This document shows, in pieces, positions 25,301-33,162 of a stretch of 64,000 bases of DNA. The notes beneath the pieces were generated by a model. The model saw nothing but the letters and a program-made list of their open reading frames with translations, was not told the DNA's origin and made no database searches. The position numbers were made by a program, and so were the translations under genes. The stretch lies in the NCBI RefSeq assembly GCF_055900595.2, contig NZ_CM148325.1. One strand, given 5' to 3'. Every line of letters starts with the position of its first letter. Within the stretch, counting starts at the first letter, position 1.

Positions 25301-25942
25301 ACATTCAACCGGATCAGTGACGCGAGCTACCGCTTTTCCTTCAAAAAAAACATTAGGAGAGCCTTCTACAATCTGTCCGGTTTCAGATGCCCAGCGGGAA
25401 CCAATTACCATCGCTGCGCCACCGACAAATCCACCAGCTAATCCCCCGGCCCCGGCAGCAACGGTGGCAGCCAGCACACCCAATGCCGCGCCCCCTGTAG
25501 CGACAACCAGAGCTCCCACTGCAATCCCTACAATAAGTCCACCGATTAACCCACCAATAGCACCCAGAAAGGAATTGTTATGAACAATGTGATGACCCAC
25601 ACACGCAGGTATATCTGTTGGGCCGGAAACTGCGTGATCTTTACCCCAGGTATCCATGAACCAGTCACCTGCTTTGGTGCCCAGCCATCCCCCCAGCATC
25701 CCGCCAACCAGTCCGGCAATCAAAGGGCCTCCAAATCCTGCAACAGCTTTGGCTATTCCGGCTGCACAGGTGTTTGCTGCTGCGGCTGCCAGTCCTACCT
25801 TTGCCGTTGCTCCCACCATACTGACAGCCATTATTCCAGTACTGGCAATATGTCCTGTGGTAGCAATACTCTCCACTGTTTCGGCATTACTGTCCCGTTG
25901 ATCCAGCTCCGCTAACTTCTCCTGCGCGCTTTTTTCCGTCAT
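22175..25942 (-). CDS. rhs: prePAAR-TMD-PAAR-Rhs T6SS effector, main ORF (YD-repeat shell)
   Basis: 1255-aa ORF: N-terminal region with Gly-rich transmembrane helices and PAAR-like segment (GSPNVFFEGKAVARVTDPVEC), then many YD repeats; stop at 22175 where another frame continues. Confidence 0.8.
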   Translation of the reverse strand: MTEKSAQEKLAELDQRDSNAETVESIATTGHIASTGIMAVSMVGATAKVGLAAAAANTCAAGIAKAVAGFGGPLIAGLVGGMLGGWLGTKAGDWFMDTWGKDHAVSGPTDIPACVGHHIVHNNSFLGAIGGLIGGLIVGIAVGALVVATGGAALGVLAATVAAGAGGLAGGFVGGAAMVIGSRWASETGQIVEGSPNVFFEGKAVARVTDPVECSKDPGSPPPQIVEGSKIISVNSLPLARKGHKITCSAVIQEGCKTITADKTTGQYGPINADMTVLEQSVVSSLEVLTALWGAKQLNRAANERISQGFSDPVDTGTGEYLDYRTDFNYPHILPLTLKRAYTGRHPVSGLLGSRWLCNWSQFLEFDCNGKNVTYFDAEGLCLAYSTEQAPYSSRNLLVPHYRLLGNRERAIIFDEYSQLGYIFTPISPGARRLRLTAIKDRNRNEIRFTYNVIGQLTNVTHSSGLNLRVMCGPQGQIFRVIDESDGSELVRYDYISHGDEQRLSDVQTRFNGALHYTYTEQGWLSSWRDNGPTHFHLRYDDEGRVTATGTQEGLYNDTFRYFPEERRTDYTDATGATTTLWFDESWLLKKQRDPLGRITEWERNEYDQPLCIRQPGGRITQIKRDYAGRILSETDENGRKREWQWDEFGQVTAYQDHRTTAAYHYNAEGNLIRREVNGQNWQYRHTEDGLLKEIQYPDGSHEQWSYSAHGGLLSHTDGEGRTTHYTEDRWLRLTGLVDAEGRSVNWQYRPGADNPHEKLSAVIRADGGAETFRYDGEGKITLHTGAMGQTTRYRHGAFDLLREVEDAGGQRILCDYDGAARLTQLTRSGNQQWRLYYDAAGQMAGEEDWSGRRTVYIRDEQGRLAEKHRPDGSVWRYARDEYGRVATISGEHQKLSYQYDRHDRMVSAQVYERSDGSEAGYTLTSEVKLEWDERHRLVAEEQDGQRTEYRYDEAGRLTGTTTPDGETQREYDASGILTGYRSNGHRMDFSHSPAGLEKNRRYRPEDEESWLAQTPLNHAVYMQEQGYDTCGRTAWQKQGAERLAGSHQSVASWRPLGEHRYAWDKSGRLTGHEVWSKTRTERETRYQYDARDQITSVLRLDASGPAQEERYRYTVNEQIAESRINGILSQHQYNNECVNQAGDSRYGYDACGRVTKRTDQKLGFRPQEWRYRWDDFDRLREIKTPDGEVWQYSYDAFGRRTAKRCVIRAAWKRSPHAISEVRYQWLGMALSTSEKRYADGSPALREQWHYRGQI

Positions 25943-25972
25943 CTGTTCGTCCTTCCCGCTGAACTGGCTGGG

Positions 25973-26404
25973 TTATTTATCCTGTGGCATTCCAAAACAA
26001 AAATTCAATAATGCTCCCCGCATCGCTTTACGATCCTCCTCTGCCAGCGCCTGCGTTGAGGAATAGGTCAGCGTCAGTACTTGTCGCTCGTTCAGGATTA
26101 CCAGCAGCAACTGCTGTATCATCACCCCCTTGTTATCCCAGCTAAATTCCCAGTATTCCGCCGGGCGCTCCTGCACATGACAGCGTTCTTCTACGGTGAA
26201 CACCATTTTCGACAGTTCGGTACGGAATTTCTTTTTCTGCACCGCCAGATAGTCATCAAACTGCGCGCCTTCCGGCAATATTTCACGAGTGACAACTACA
26301 TTTGCTCCGGCAACCGCACTTAGTACTGGCGTCAGAATATTCATACTGCTGTCCTGCCAGTTTCCCGGCAGAGTGAAATGCCCTTCATTAATGAGATATT
26401 GCAT
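25973..26404 (-). CDS. eagR: DUF1795-family Eag chaperone for PAAR-Rhs effector
   Basis: 143-aa ORF between vgrG and the PAAR-Rhs gene, the canonical position and size of Eag chaperones. Confidence 0.7.
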   Translation of the reverse strand: MQYLINEGHFTLPGNWQDSSMNILTPVLSAVAGANVVVTREILPEGAQFDDYLAVQKKKFRTELSKMVFTVEERCHVQERPAEYWEFSWDNKGVMIQQLLLVILNERQVLTLTYSSTQALAEEDRKAMRGALLNFCFGMPQDK

Positions 26405-26436
26405 TGTTATTTTTCCCTGAAAATTAATGAAATGGA

Positions 26437-28656
26437 TTACTGTGGATTTAGCGCCAGATGGGTGGGTCCATCGAGGGTGATAGTGCCGTCTGAATTCATA
26501 ACAAGAGTGCTTTTTCCGACAGTCAACTTTATCTGCGTTGCTGCGGTAAGGTGTATCGCCCCGGTTTTTGACGTGATGGTGATATTCCCTTCTACCGTCT
26601 CCGTGCAGGTTCCCGTTTCTACCGTCACCTCGCGTTTACCCGTTTTCACCGTCAGAGACTGGTCGCCTTCCGTTACGGTAATATTCCGGTTGCCTTTGAT
26701 GGTTTCGGTATGCTTACCATCAACAAATTCCGTGCGGTCGATTTTTACCGTGGATGTTTCGTTATGAATGATGGTTTTCGTCCGATCTGCCTTTACCGTG
26801 TGTGTTTCGTTATTTTTCACGACGGTATTCAGATCTTTCTCCGCAAGAAACCTCACTTCTTCCGCCCCCGTTTTATCGTCAAAGCGCAGCATGTTTCCGT
26901 TGGTCGCCCCCCCCTGTAACGAGTGGCTGAATATCCCGCTCTGCGACGCCATGCCCGGTAGCCCCCACGGCGGCATGGTGTCCTGGTTGTAGGTGCGCCC
27001 CACGATAATCGGTAGATCCGGGTCGCCATTTTTGAAATCCACCAGCACTTCCTGGCCGATGCGCGGGATCTGGATCATGCCGAATCCTTTACCCGCCCAC
27101 GGATAGCTGACGCGGATCCAGCAGGAGCTGTTTTCGTCATTATTACCGTAACGATCCCAGCCAAACTGCACCTTCACCCGGCCATATTTATCCGTCCAGA
27201 TTTCCTGCCCTACCGGGCCGGTGACGATGGCGCTCTGCGGGCCTTTGGTGTGGGGTTTGCTCAGGGTTCGTTGTGGGCGGTAAACTTCGCGGGTGGGATG
27301 CAGTTCAAACGTGGTGACATAGGTAAAATGCTGATCCTGGCCGCTGTGCTGCGCGTTGTCCCGTAAAAACAGCGTGGTTTGTACCAACAGATATTCCTGA
27401 TTAATTTCTGCCGTCGGGTGATTCATCAACGTAAAGGTGTACCCGGTCATGAGGGTACGGATATGACCGGCCCCATGTGCCCGGCTGCCGGGGCTGCGCT
27501 GCGCTTCCATACGAATGCGCGTCAGCATCTCACCTTCGCCCGTAGTGAAGTAATCACCAGGCCATTCATAATGCTCATATTCAGCATGACCGGTATTACG
27601 CGGACTAGCCACGGTACTTTTAAGCAGCGAACGAGGCTTCATAAAATCAAAATCGTCCATCACCCACTTTCCAGTACGCAGTCTCTCACTGGCCGTAATG
27701 GTGTGGATAAATTCTTTGTCCAGTTTCAGCCCTTCCTGGTGCCACTCCACCAGTGGCGAGTCAGGGCACGCTTTATGACCATTGATGGCATCCGTCAGCA
27801 CCAGCGTATGGCAGTTCTCGCTGTGCTCAAACCACCAGTAGATTCCCCACTCCTGCATCAGGCGCTGGATGAAATCGAAGTCGGTTTCACCATACTGCAC
27901 CTGCCAGACGCGGGGTGGATAATTTTCCACCAGCCGCTTTTCCACCGGAAAGGAATATTCATCCAGTACTTCATCGAGAATATCCACCACGGTTTTGTTC
28001 TGGAACGCTTTGTAGTCGCTGGTATGGGTCAGCAGCTTCAGCCATGGCTCAATGCGTAATTCATACGTTACCGAACGGCCCTCATGGCCGACCACCCTCG
28101 CCGCCGTCACCAGCCCGCTGATATACCGTTTTCCGCCACCGTCCAGTTCGATACTGACGCACAGGTCTTTGCCTACCATGGGCTGAAGCGGCAGGTTGGC
28201 CGCGGGGGAAACGTATCCCAGGTTCAGGGCGTCCGGCGTTTTAAGCTGTACTGTGTAGGAAAACAGATTCCCAAGCCCTTCCGAACCATTCATGCCTGCG
28301 AACAGCAGCATCTGCGGCGGCACCGAACCACCACTTACTGTGACGTTATGCGCCCCCGGACCACCGGCTGCAAGCGACGCCGCCGCATCCTGAACTGCAC
28401 CAGCCATATCCGATATCCCTGCTGCTGCGGCGGCGGCTTGCGCAGCGGCTACTGCGGCTTTAACCAGACCTGACGGTTCCGGCAACGCACCAAACAGGTC
28501 CGCCACTGCCTGTTCTGCCATCTGCTCGGCGGCATCAGCTACATCGGTTGCGGCTGAACCTGTGCTCATACTGCCACTTTCGCCAGCTATTGGTGGTGTG
28601 GTGATGACGGGTCCACCGTTTCCAACTGGTTTATTACCCGTAGATACAAAACTCAT
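26437..28656 (-). CDS. vgrG: T6SS spike protein VgrG (TssI) with ~110-aa Ala/Gly-rich N-terminal extension
   Basis: 739-aa ORF with gp27/gp5-like regions (e.g. [15 protein letters not shown]) and C-terminal beta-helix repeats; canonical VgrG N-terminus begins after residue ~110. Confidence 0.9.
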   Translation of the reverse strand: MSFVSTGNKPVGNGGPVITTPPIAGESGSMSTGSAATDVADAAEQMAEQAVADLFGALPEPSGLVKAAVAAAQAAAAAAGISDMAGAVQDAAASLAAGGPGAHNVTVSGGSVPPQMLLFAGMNGSEGLGNLFSYTVQLKTPDALNLGYVSPAANLPLQPMVGKDLCVSIELDGGGKRYISGLVTAARVVGHEGRSVTYELRIEPWLKLLTHTSDYKAFQNKTVVDILDEVLDEYSFPVEKRLVENYPPRVWQVQYGETDFDFIQRLMQEWGIYWWFEHSENCHTLVLTDAINGHKACPDSPLVEWHQEGLKLDKEFIHTITASERLRTGKWVMDDFDFMKPRSLLKSTVASPRNTGHAEYEHYEWPGDYFTTGEGEMLTRIRMEAQRSPGSRAHGAGHIRTLMTGYTFTLMNHPTAEINQEYLLVQTTLFLRDNAQHSGQDQHFTYVTTFELHPTREVYRPQRTLSKPHTKGPQSAIVTGPVGQEIWTDKYGRVKVQFGWDRYGNNDENSSCWIRVSYPWAGKGFGMIQIPRIGQEVLVDFKNGDPDLPIIVGRTYNQDTMPPWGLPGMASQSGIFSHSLQGGATNGNMLRFDDKTGAEEVRFLAEKDLNTVVKNNETHTVKADRTKTIIHNETSTVKIDRTEFVDGKHTETIKGNRNITVTEGDQSLTVKTGKREVTVETGTCTETVEGNITITSKTGAIHLTAATQIKLTVGKSTLVMNSDGTITLDGPTHLALNPQ

Positions 28657-28680
28657 GATATTTGCTCCTTTAATACCGGA

Positions 28681-29067
28681 TTAAAATCTAGCCCCTGGTG
28701 GCCAAAAAATATAAGTAATCACTCTCCATTGCCCGTCTTTATAATGAAACCAACATGTCAGATTCAAATCCCCCTGCAAATTCCAGAACATTTCCTTAAT
28801 AGGAACATTTTGAAATTCAGGATCTGTTATGCGATAAGTTTGATTCAAGCCGATATAATACTCACCAACAAATTTATATCGTGGCCTCACGAACTCATGA
28901 GCAGGCGGCCCATATTTCTTCATAAAAAAGATGTCATTACTTCCATCATGTATATCATTTTCTTCATAATATTTGGTGGATTGAGCAACTGCAGAAGGCG
29001 AGAAAACATTCACTGTAGTTATGTAAGTTATTGAAAGGAAAATCACTATAATACAGAAAAATTTCAT
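28681..29067 (-). CDS. Putative periplasmic immunity protein for the adjacent HExxH effector
   Basis: 128-aa ORF with N-terminal signal-like hydrophobic segment; overlaps effector stop; C-terminal half conserved with the paralog at 30776-31147 (PIKEMFW..GDLNLTC.FHYKDGQWRVI.Y.FWPPGA.F). Confidence 0.6.
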   Translation of the reverse strand: MKFFCIIVIFLSITYITTVNVFSPSAVAQSTKYYEENDIHDGSNDIFFMKKYGPPAHEFVRPRYKFVGEYYIGLNQTYRITDPEFQNVPIKEMFWNLQGDLNLTCWFHYKDGQWRVITYIFWPPGARF

Positions 29068-29765
29068 TTGGTTACATTCAATAAAGTAAATTTAGTTTCA
29101 GGCATTATGACATTCAACGTTATAGTTGCGTTTTTAAGGTATCGTTCCCGAAGCTCCATTCCCACATTCATCAACCCACTAATATCTCCAACATACGGAG
29201 ACGAAGAATCATAATCATCATCTAAGTAACCAAGTACATGTCCGGCTTCATGAGGTATATTTACTTGCAACGTATTATTACAGTTAATACATTTCGCTAC
29301 TTTTTCCAGGTCCGCTGAATCAACATGAACCGTACTGTTTTTAAAATCAACATATGTTCTTAAATCAGCACCAGGCAAAACCTTTGTTGCAATAACCAAC
29401 CAGTCTTCATTCTGAGATGCAGAAATTATTCTTACATCAAAAGGCAAAGCTTTACCCTGAAATTTTTTAGCGAACTCAGATTCACCGGAAACAGAATAAG
29501 TTATTTTCCCATTCCATGCCTGCTGAACAGATAAATATATCGCTCGCATAAAAATAGCTTTTTCCCATATAATCCAGTCATCTGTAACGGTATTATCTTT
29601 ATACCACTCATACTTCCATCTTATCACAGCCGTAATCGAACCAGTATTTTGATTTAATAAATACGTCCTCCTACCATCCTTATGTATAATGATATCGCCA
29701 TCAATATTTGTTTTTTCATAGTATTCGGCCAGCAAACTATTCTCATCATATTTAAGCTTGGTCAT
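29064..29765 (-). CDS. Putative T6SS effector with HExxH zinc-metallopeptidase-like motif
   Basis: 233-aa ORF, no signal peptide, contains NIPHEAGHVLGY; followed by overlapping signal-peptide ORF; sits between vgrG copies. Confidence 0.6.
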   Translation of the reverse strand: MTKLKYDENSLLAEYYEKTNIDGDIIIHKDGRRTYLLNQNTGSITAVIRWKYEWYKDNTVTDDWIIWEKAIFMRAIYLSVQQAWNGKITYSVSGESEFAKKFQGKALPFDVRIISASQNEDWLVIATKVLPGADLRTYVDFKNSTVHVDSADLEKVAKCINCNNTLQVNIPHEAGHVLGYLDDDYDSSSPYVGDISGLMNVGMELRERYLKNATITLNVIMPETKFTLLNVTK

Positions 29766-29831
29766 TTTACTCTCATTAAATACTAATTGTTTGTATCGAA
29801 AATATTATCTGGAAAAATATTATTTTATATA

Positions 29832-30751
29832 TTACGAGTATTGCCCCTTCAGCCGCAGCGCATCCACATACCGTCCTTCACTGCAGGGCAAGATTACGAA
29901 AGCCCGCCCCGCAAGGACTGACGCGAGGTAGTTTCTGTCCATGGCTGCTTTTATCATCTTACGTCTTAACCCTGCCTTGGTTTCGCCGTACTGCACCTGC
30001 CAGGCGCGGGGTGGATAATTTTCCACCAGCCGCTTTTCCACCGGAAAGGAATATTCATCCAGTACTTCATCGAGAATATCCACCACGGTTTTGTTCTGGA
30101 ACGCTTTGTAGTCGCTGGTATGGGTCAGCAGCTTCAGCCATGGCTCAATGCGTAATTCATACGTTACCGAACGGCCCTCATGGCCGACCACCCTCGCCGC
30201 CGTCACCAGCCCGCTGATATACCGTTTTCCGCCACCGTCCAGTTCGATACTGACGCACAGGTCTTTGCCTACCATGGGCTGAAGCGGCAGGTTGGCGGCG
30301 AGGGAGACATATCCGAGGTTCAGGGTGTCCGGGGTTTTAAGCTGTACTATGTAGGAAAACAGGTTTCCAAGCCCTTCCGAACCATTCATGCCTGCAAACA
30401 AAAGCAGCTGCGGCGGCACCGCACTACCACTTACTGTGACGTTATGCCCCCCGGACCACCGGCAGCAAGCGACGCCGCCGCATCCTGAACTGCACCAGCC
30501 ATATCCGAGATCCCTGCTGCGGCGGCTGCGGCTTGCGCAGCAGCTACTGCGGCTTTAACCAGACCTGACGGTTCCGGCAACGCACCAAACAGGTCCGCCG
30601 CGGCCTGTTCTGCCATCTGCTCGGCTGCATCAGCTACATCGGTTGCGGCTGAACTGGCGCTTACAGCACTACTTTCTCCGGCTATCGGTGGCGTGGAGAT
30701 AGCTGGCCCACCGTTACTGCCAGATTTATTACCCGTAGATACAAAACTCAT
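29832..30751 (-). pseudogene. vgrG: Truncated, frameshifted vgrG duplicate fused to H-repeat and tagF 3' remnants
   Basis: Two ORFs (30431-30751 and 29832-30419) match the first ~270 aa of the full vgrG; frame broken at a C-run near 30445-30455; 3' end reads ...[24 protein letters not shown] (H-repeat protein C-terminus) then ...[10 protein letters not shown] (tagF C-terminus). Confidence 0.75.
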
Positions 30752-30775
30752 GATATTTATTCCTTTAATATCGGA

Positions 30776-31147
30776 TTAAAATTTTGCGCCCGGCGGCCAG
30801 AAAAAATAAGAAATAACCCGCCACTGTCCATCTTTATAATGAAAAAAACATGTCAGATTTAAATCCCCCCGCAAATGCCAAAACATTTCTTTGATGGGGA
30901 TATTTCTGAATTCAGGATTCGTTGAGCGATAGACATTTTCAATCTCTATATAATACTCACCGACTAATTTATAACGAGGCTTTATAAATTCATACGCTGG
31001 CTGACCATAGTTATTTAATAGAACATTCTCTTCAACTCCATTATACACACCACTCGCATTCAGATAAGCATACCCAGGAATATCAGACATGCTATTTTTC
31101 GCCCCACCCACTATCAAAAAAATAATCACAGCGTATATTAGTTTCAT
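30776..31147 (-). CDS. Putative periplasmic immunity protein (paralog of 28681-29067)
   Basis: 123-aa ORF with N-terminal hydrophobic signal-like segment; C-terminal half conserved with the other immunity paralog. Confidence 0.6.
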   Translation of the reverse strand: MKLIYAVIIFLIVGGAKNSMSDIPGYAYLNASGVYNGVEENVLLNNYGQPAYEFIKPRYKLVGEYYIEIENVYRSTNPEFRNIPIKEMFWHLRGDLNLTCFFHYKDGQWRVISYFFWPPGAKF

Positions 31148-31160
31148 TTTTTTACGCTTT

Positions 31161-31882
31161 TCACAAAAAATTAGAACCCGGAACCATTCTATTTAACCGC
31201 TCAATGACATTTCCCATATAACGAGAGCGCAGTTCCATACCAATATTCATTAACGCACTGGCATCCCCGGAGAATGGTGTAGTTGCTTTATCTGCATCAT
31301 CACTATAGTATTCATCGGTAAGATATCCAATAATATGCCCAAGCTCATGAGACAGCCCCATTTGCTTAGAGCAAACTTTTGATGAACCAAGACATTTAGC
31401 TGCTGCAACTATATCTTTAGAGTCAAGTTCAACGTATCGACTATTCCAGACAATGGAACTCTGACGAAAACTATTTGGATCATCATTATCAATTTTAAAC
31501 ACCACCACATCCCAATACCCATGACGATCAGTCTGAATTATTTCTATTGTGAAAGATAAATCCTTACCATTAAACTTACTGACAAACTCAGACTTCCCAG
31601 AAACGGATAAAAAAACCTTATTATTCCATGTTTGATTAATGACAAAAATAACTTTTCCATGAAAGGCTTTTTTTCCATATCTGTCCAATCAGTTTTTGCA
31701 TCCCATCTTTTTATCCAATTATATTTCCATCTCAGCAACAATGAGATTGCACCATTTTCACGGTCAATTCTTAAATCTCCCCAGGCATCATTGTCCCTGA
31801 TATATCGTTTATCCAGCATTAAGTCGTCATAAGCATCGTATGCCTGCTGAATAGCCTCATCATGAGAGTCACCCATGTTCAC
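31161..31882 (-). pseudogene. HExxH-motif putative effector, paralog of 29064-29765, apparently frameshifted
   Basis: Two overlapping ORFs (31544-31882 N-terminal part, 31161-31688 C-terminal part with HELGHIIGY and LMNIGMELRSRY); frame break near a T/A homopolymer at ~31660-31690. Confidence 0.6.
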
Positions 31883-32068
31883 CTCCTTATATTGCTATAT
31901 ATCCAATAAACCTGAAGATGCTTGCTTACCCACCAACGCAGACGGGACCAAGGGTAGCCTGAAGTCAACAGATAGCAATCAACTTGAAGTTCATGGGGAT
32001 ATTTGTTTCCCCATCTACACGTTTATCGTCATATTTTTGTATAGCTATTCTCAGCATTCGTGGGTAGA

Positions 32069-32190
32069 TTATTTTTTTTCCAACCGCAGCGCATCCACAT
32101 ACCGCCCCTCGCTGTTCTGCTGCCACAACCAGCCCAGCCCCTGCTGCGCCTGCGTTAACATTTTTGCTAGCCAGCACGGTCACGGCAGGC
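32069..32190. repeat. Remnant of tagF 3' end
   Basis: Minus-strand reading gives [26 protein letters not shown], matching the C-terminus of the intact TagF at 33163-33260 ([31 protein letters not shown]). Confidence 0.75.
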
Positions 32191-32206
32191 AATTCTATGA
32201 CAGGTA

Positions 32207-32680
32207 CTACTCATCCGTACAACCCAGCCCCCGGCGCTGAACCACTTCACTGGCAAACGTAGCTCCGGTTTTTTTCATTATTCCTTTTTGTATTTTTTGC
32301 AGCGCGGGAAATGAGATTCTCCTGCATGAATCCTCTTCCCATATATCACCAGTTACAGGGCTAACTGAAAATAGTCCCCACACATCTGTCGCTCCGGCGG
32401 AAGGAGAATCATAACCTACCCCAAAACTAAAATACCCAGGATGATACAGGTTACCTTTTTTATCTTTCAGAGAACCGTCAAGAAAAAACCCAGACAATTC
32501 CACATTATATTTTTCATTTTTTAGTGAAAAAACCAATAATGCCTGCGCCTGTATTTCAGTAAGACCTGACTGGTTAACAGTCGTTAGATCAAACCGCGGC
32601 ACATTCCTGATAAGAATTTCAGCACAACAATTCACGGACACGACCATGAAAAGCAATACTGATATTAATTTACAGGACAT
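32207..32680 (-). CDS. Putative periplasmic immunity protein for the adjacent GH73-like effector
   Basis: 157-aa ORF with signal-like N-terminus MSCKLISVLLFMVVSVNCCA; overlaps effector stop. Confidence 0.5.
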   Translation of the reverse strand: MSCKLISVLLFMVVSVNCCAEILIRNVPRFDLTTVNQSGLTEIQAQALLVFSLKNEKYNVELSGFFLDGSLKDKKGNLYHPGYFSFGVGYDSPSAGATDVWGLFSVSPVTGDIWEEDSCRRISFPALQKIQKGIMKKTGATFASEVVQRRGLGCTDE

Positions 32681-33135
32681 GTTATTCTCCGCTTAACCAT
32701 ATTAATCACCCCCACTAACTCACTAGCATAACCGGTATGGCCGCCATTACTGTTTTTACCTGAATTAAAACCAGAATCAATCAATGCCTGCGCAAATTGC
32801 TCCGGAGATTTTTTATTTCTGACCGCATTACCAAATCGGATTGCAAAGGACTTTCCGCTAGTTGAAAAAGAGGTATAAGTGGCAACCCACACTTGATTAC
32901 TCCCCAGCGGGTGAACCTGTCCTGACTGTAAAGGTGCCGGACCATGCATGGAAAAGTAGTTATTGTATTCTGTCGCGATTCTACCCTGCCCGTAAAAGGA
33001 CTCCTTTGCAGCAAGCCCCAGGATATTTTCCACAGGCACATCAAGTTGCTTAGCGATTAATTCACATTCTTTCAGATATTGCTGTACAAACCTGACTGCA
33101 CCAGTGTTATTACAGGCTTTATCATAAGACCCCAT
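32665..33135 (-). CDS. Putative T6SS glycoside-hydrolase effector (GH73/FlgJ-like glucosaminidase motif)
   Basis: 156-aa ORF without signal peptide; LGLAAKESFYGQGRIATEYNNYFSMHG resembles the GH73 catalytic-Glu region (A-x-E-S-x-x-G ... NN-x-F-G) as remembered; directly downstream of tagF. Confidence 0.5.
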   Translation of the reverse strand: MGSYDKACNNTGAVRFVQQYLKECELIAKQLDVPVENILGLAAKESFYGQGRIATEYNNYFSMHGPAPLQSGQVHPLGSNQVWVATYTSFSTSGKSFAIRFGNAVRNKKSPEQFAQALIDSGFNSGKNSNGGHTGYASELVGVINMVKRRITCPVN

Positions 33136-33162
33136 GATTCACTACTCCTTGTCTGATTATTT

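Noticed and set aside
25400-25900. Repetitive Gly/Ala-rich coding sequence that looks like a tandem repeat or low-complexity array
   Set aside because: It is the glycine-zipper transmembrane region of the PAAR-Rhs N-terminus in one continuous reading frame, not a CRISPR or tandem DNA repeat
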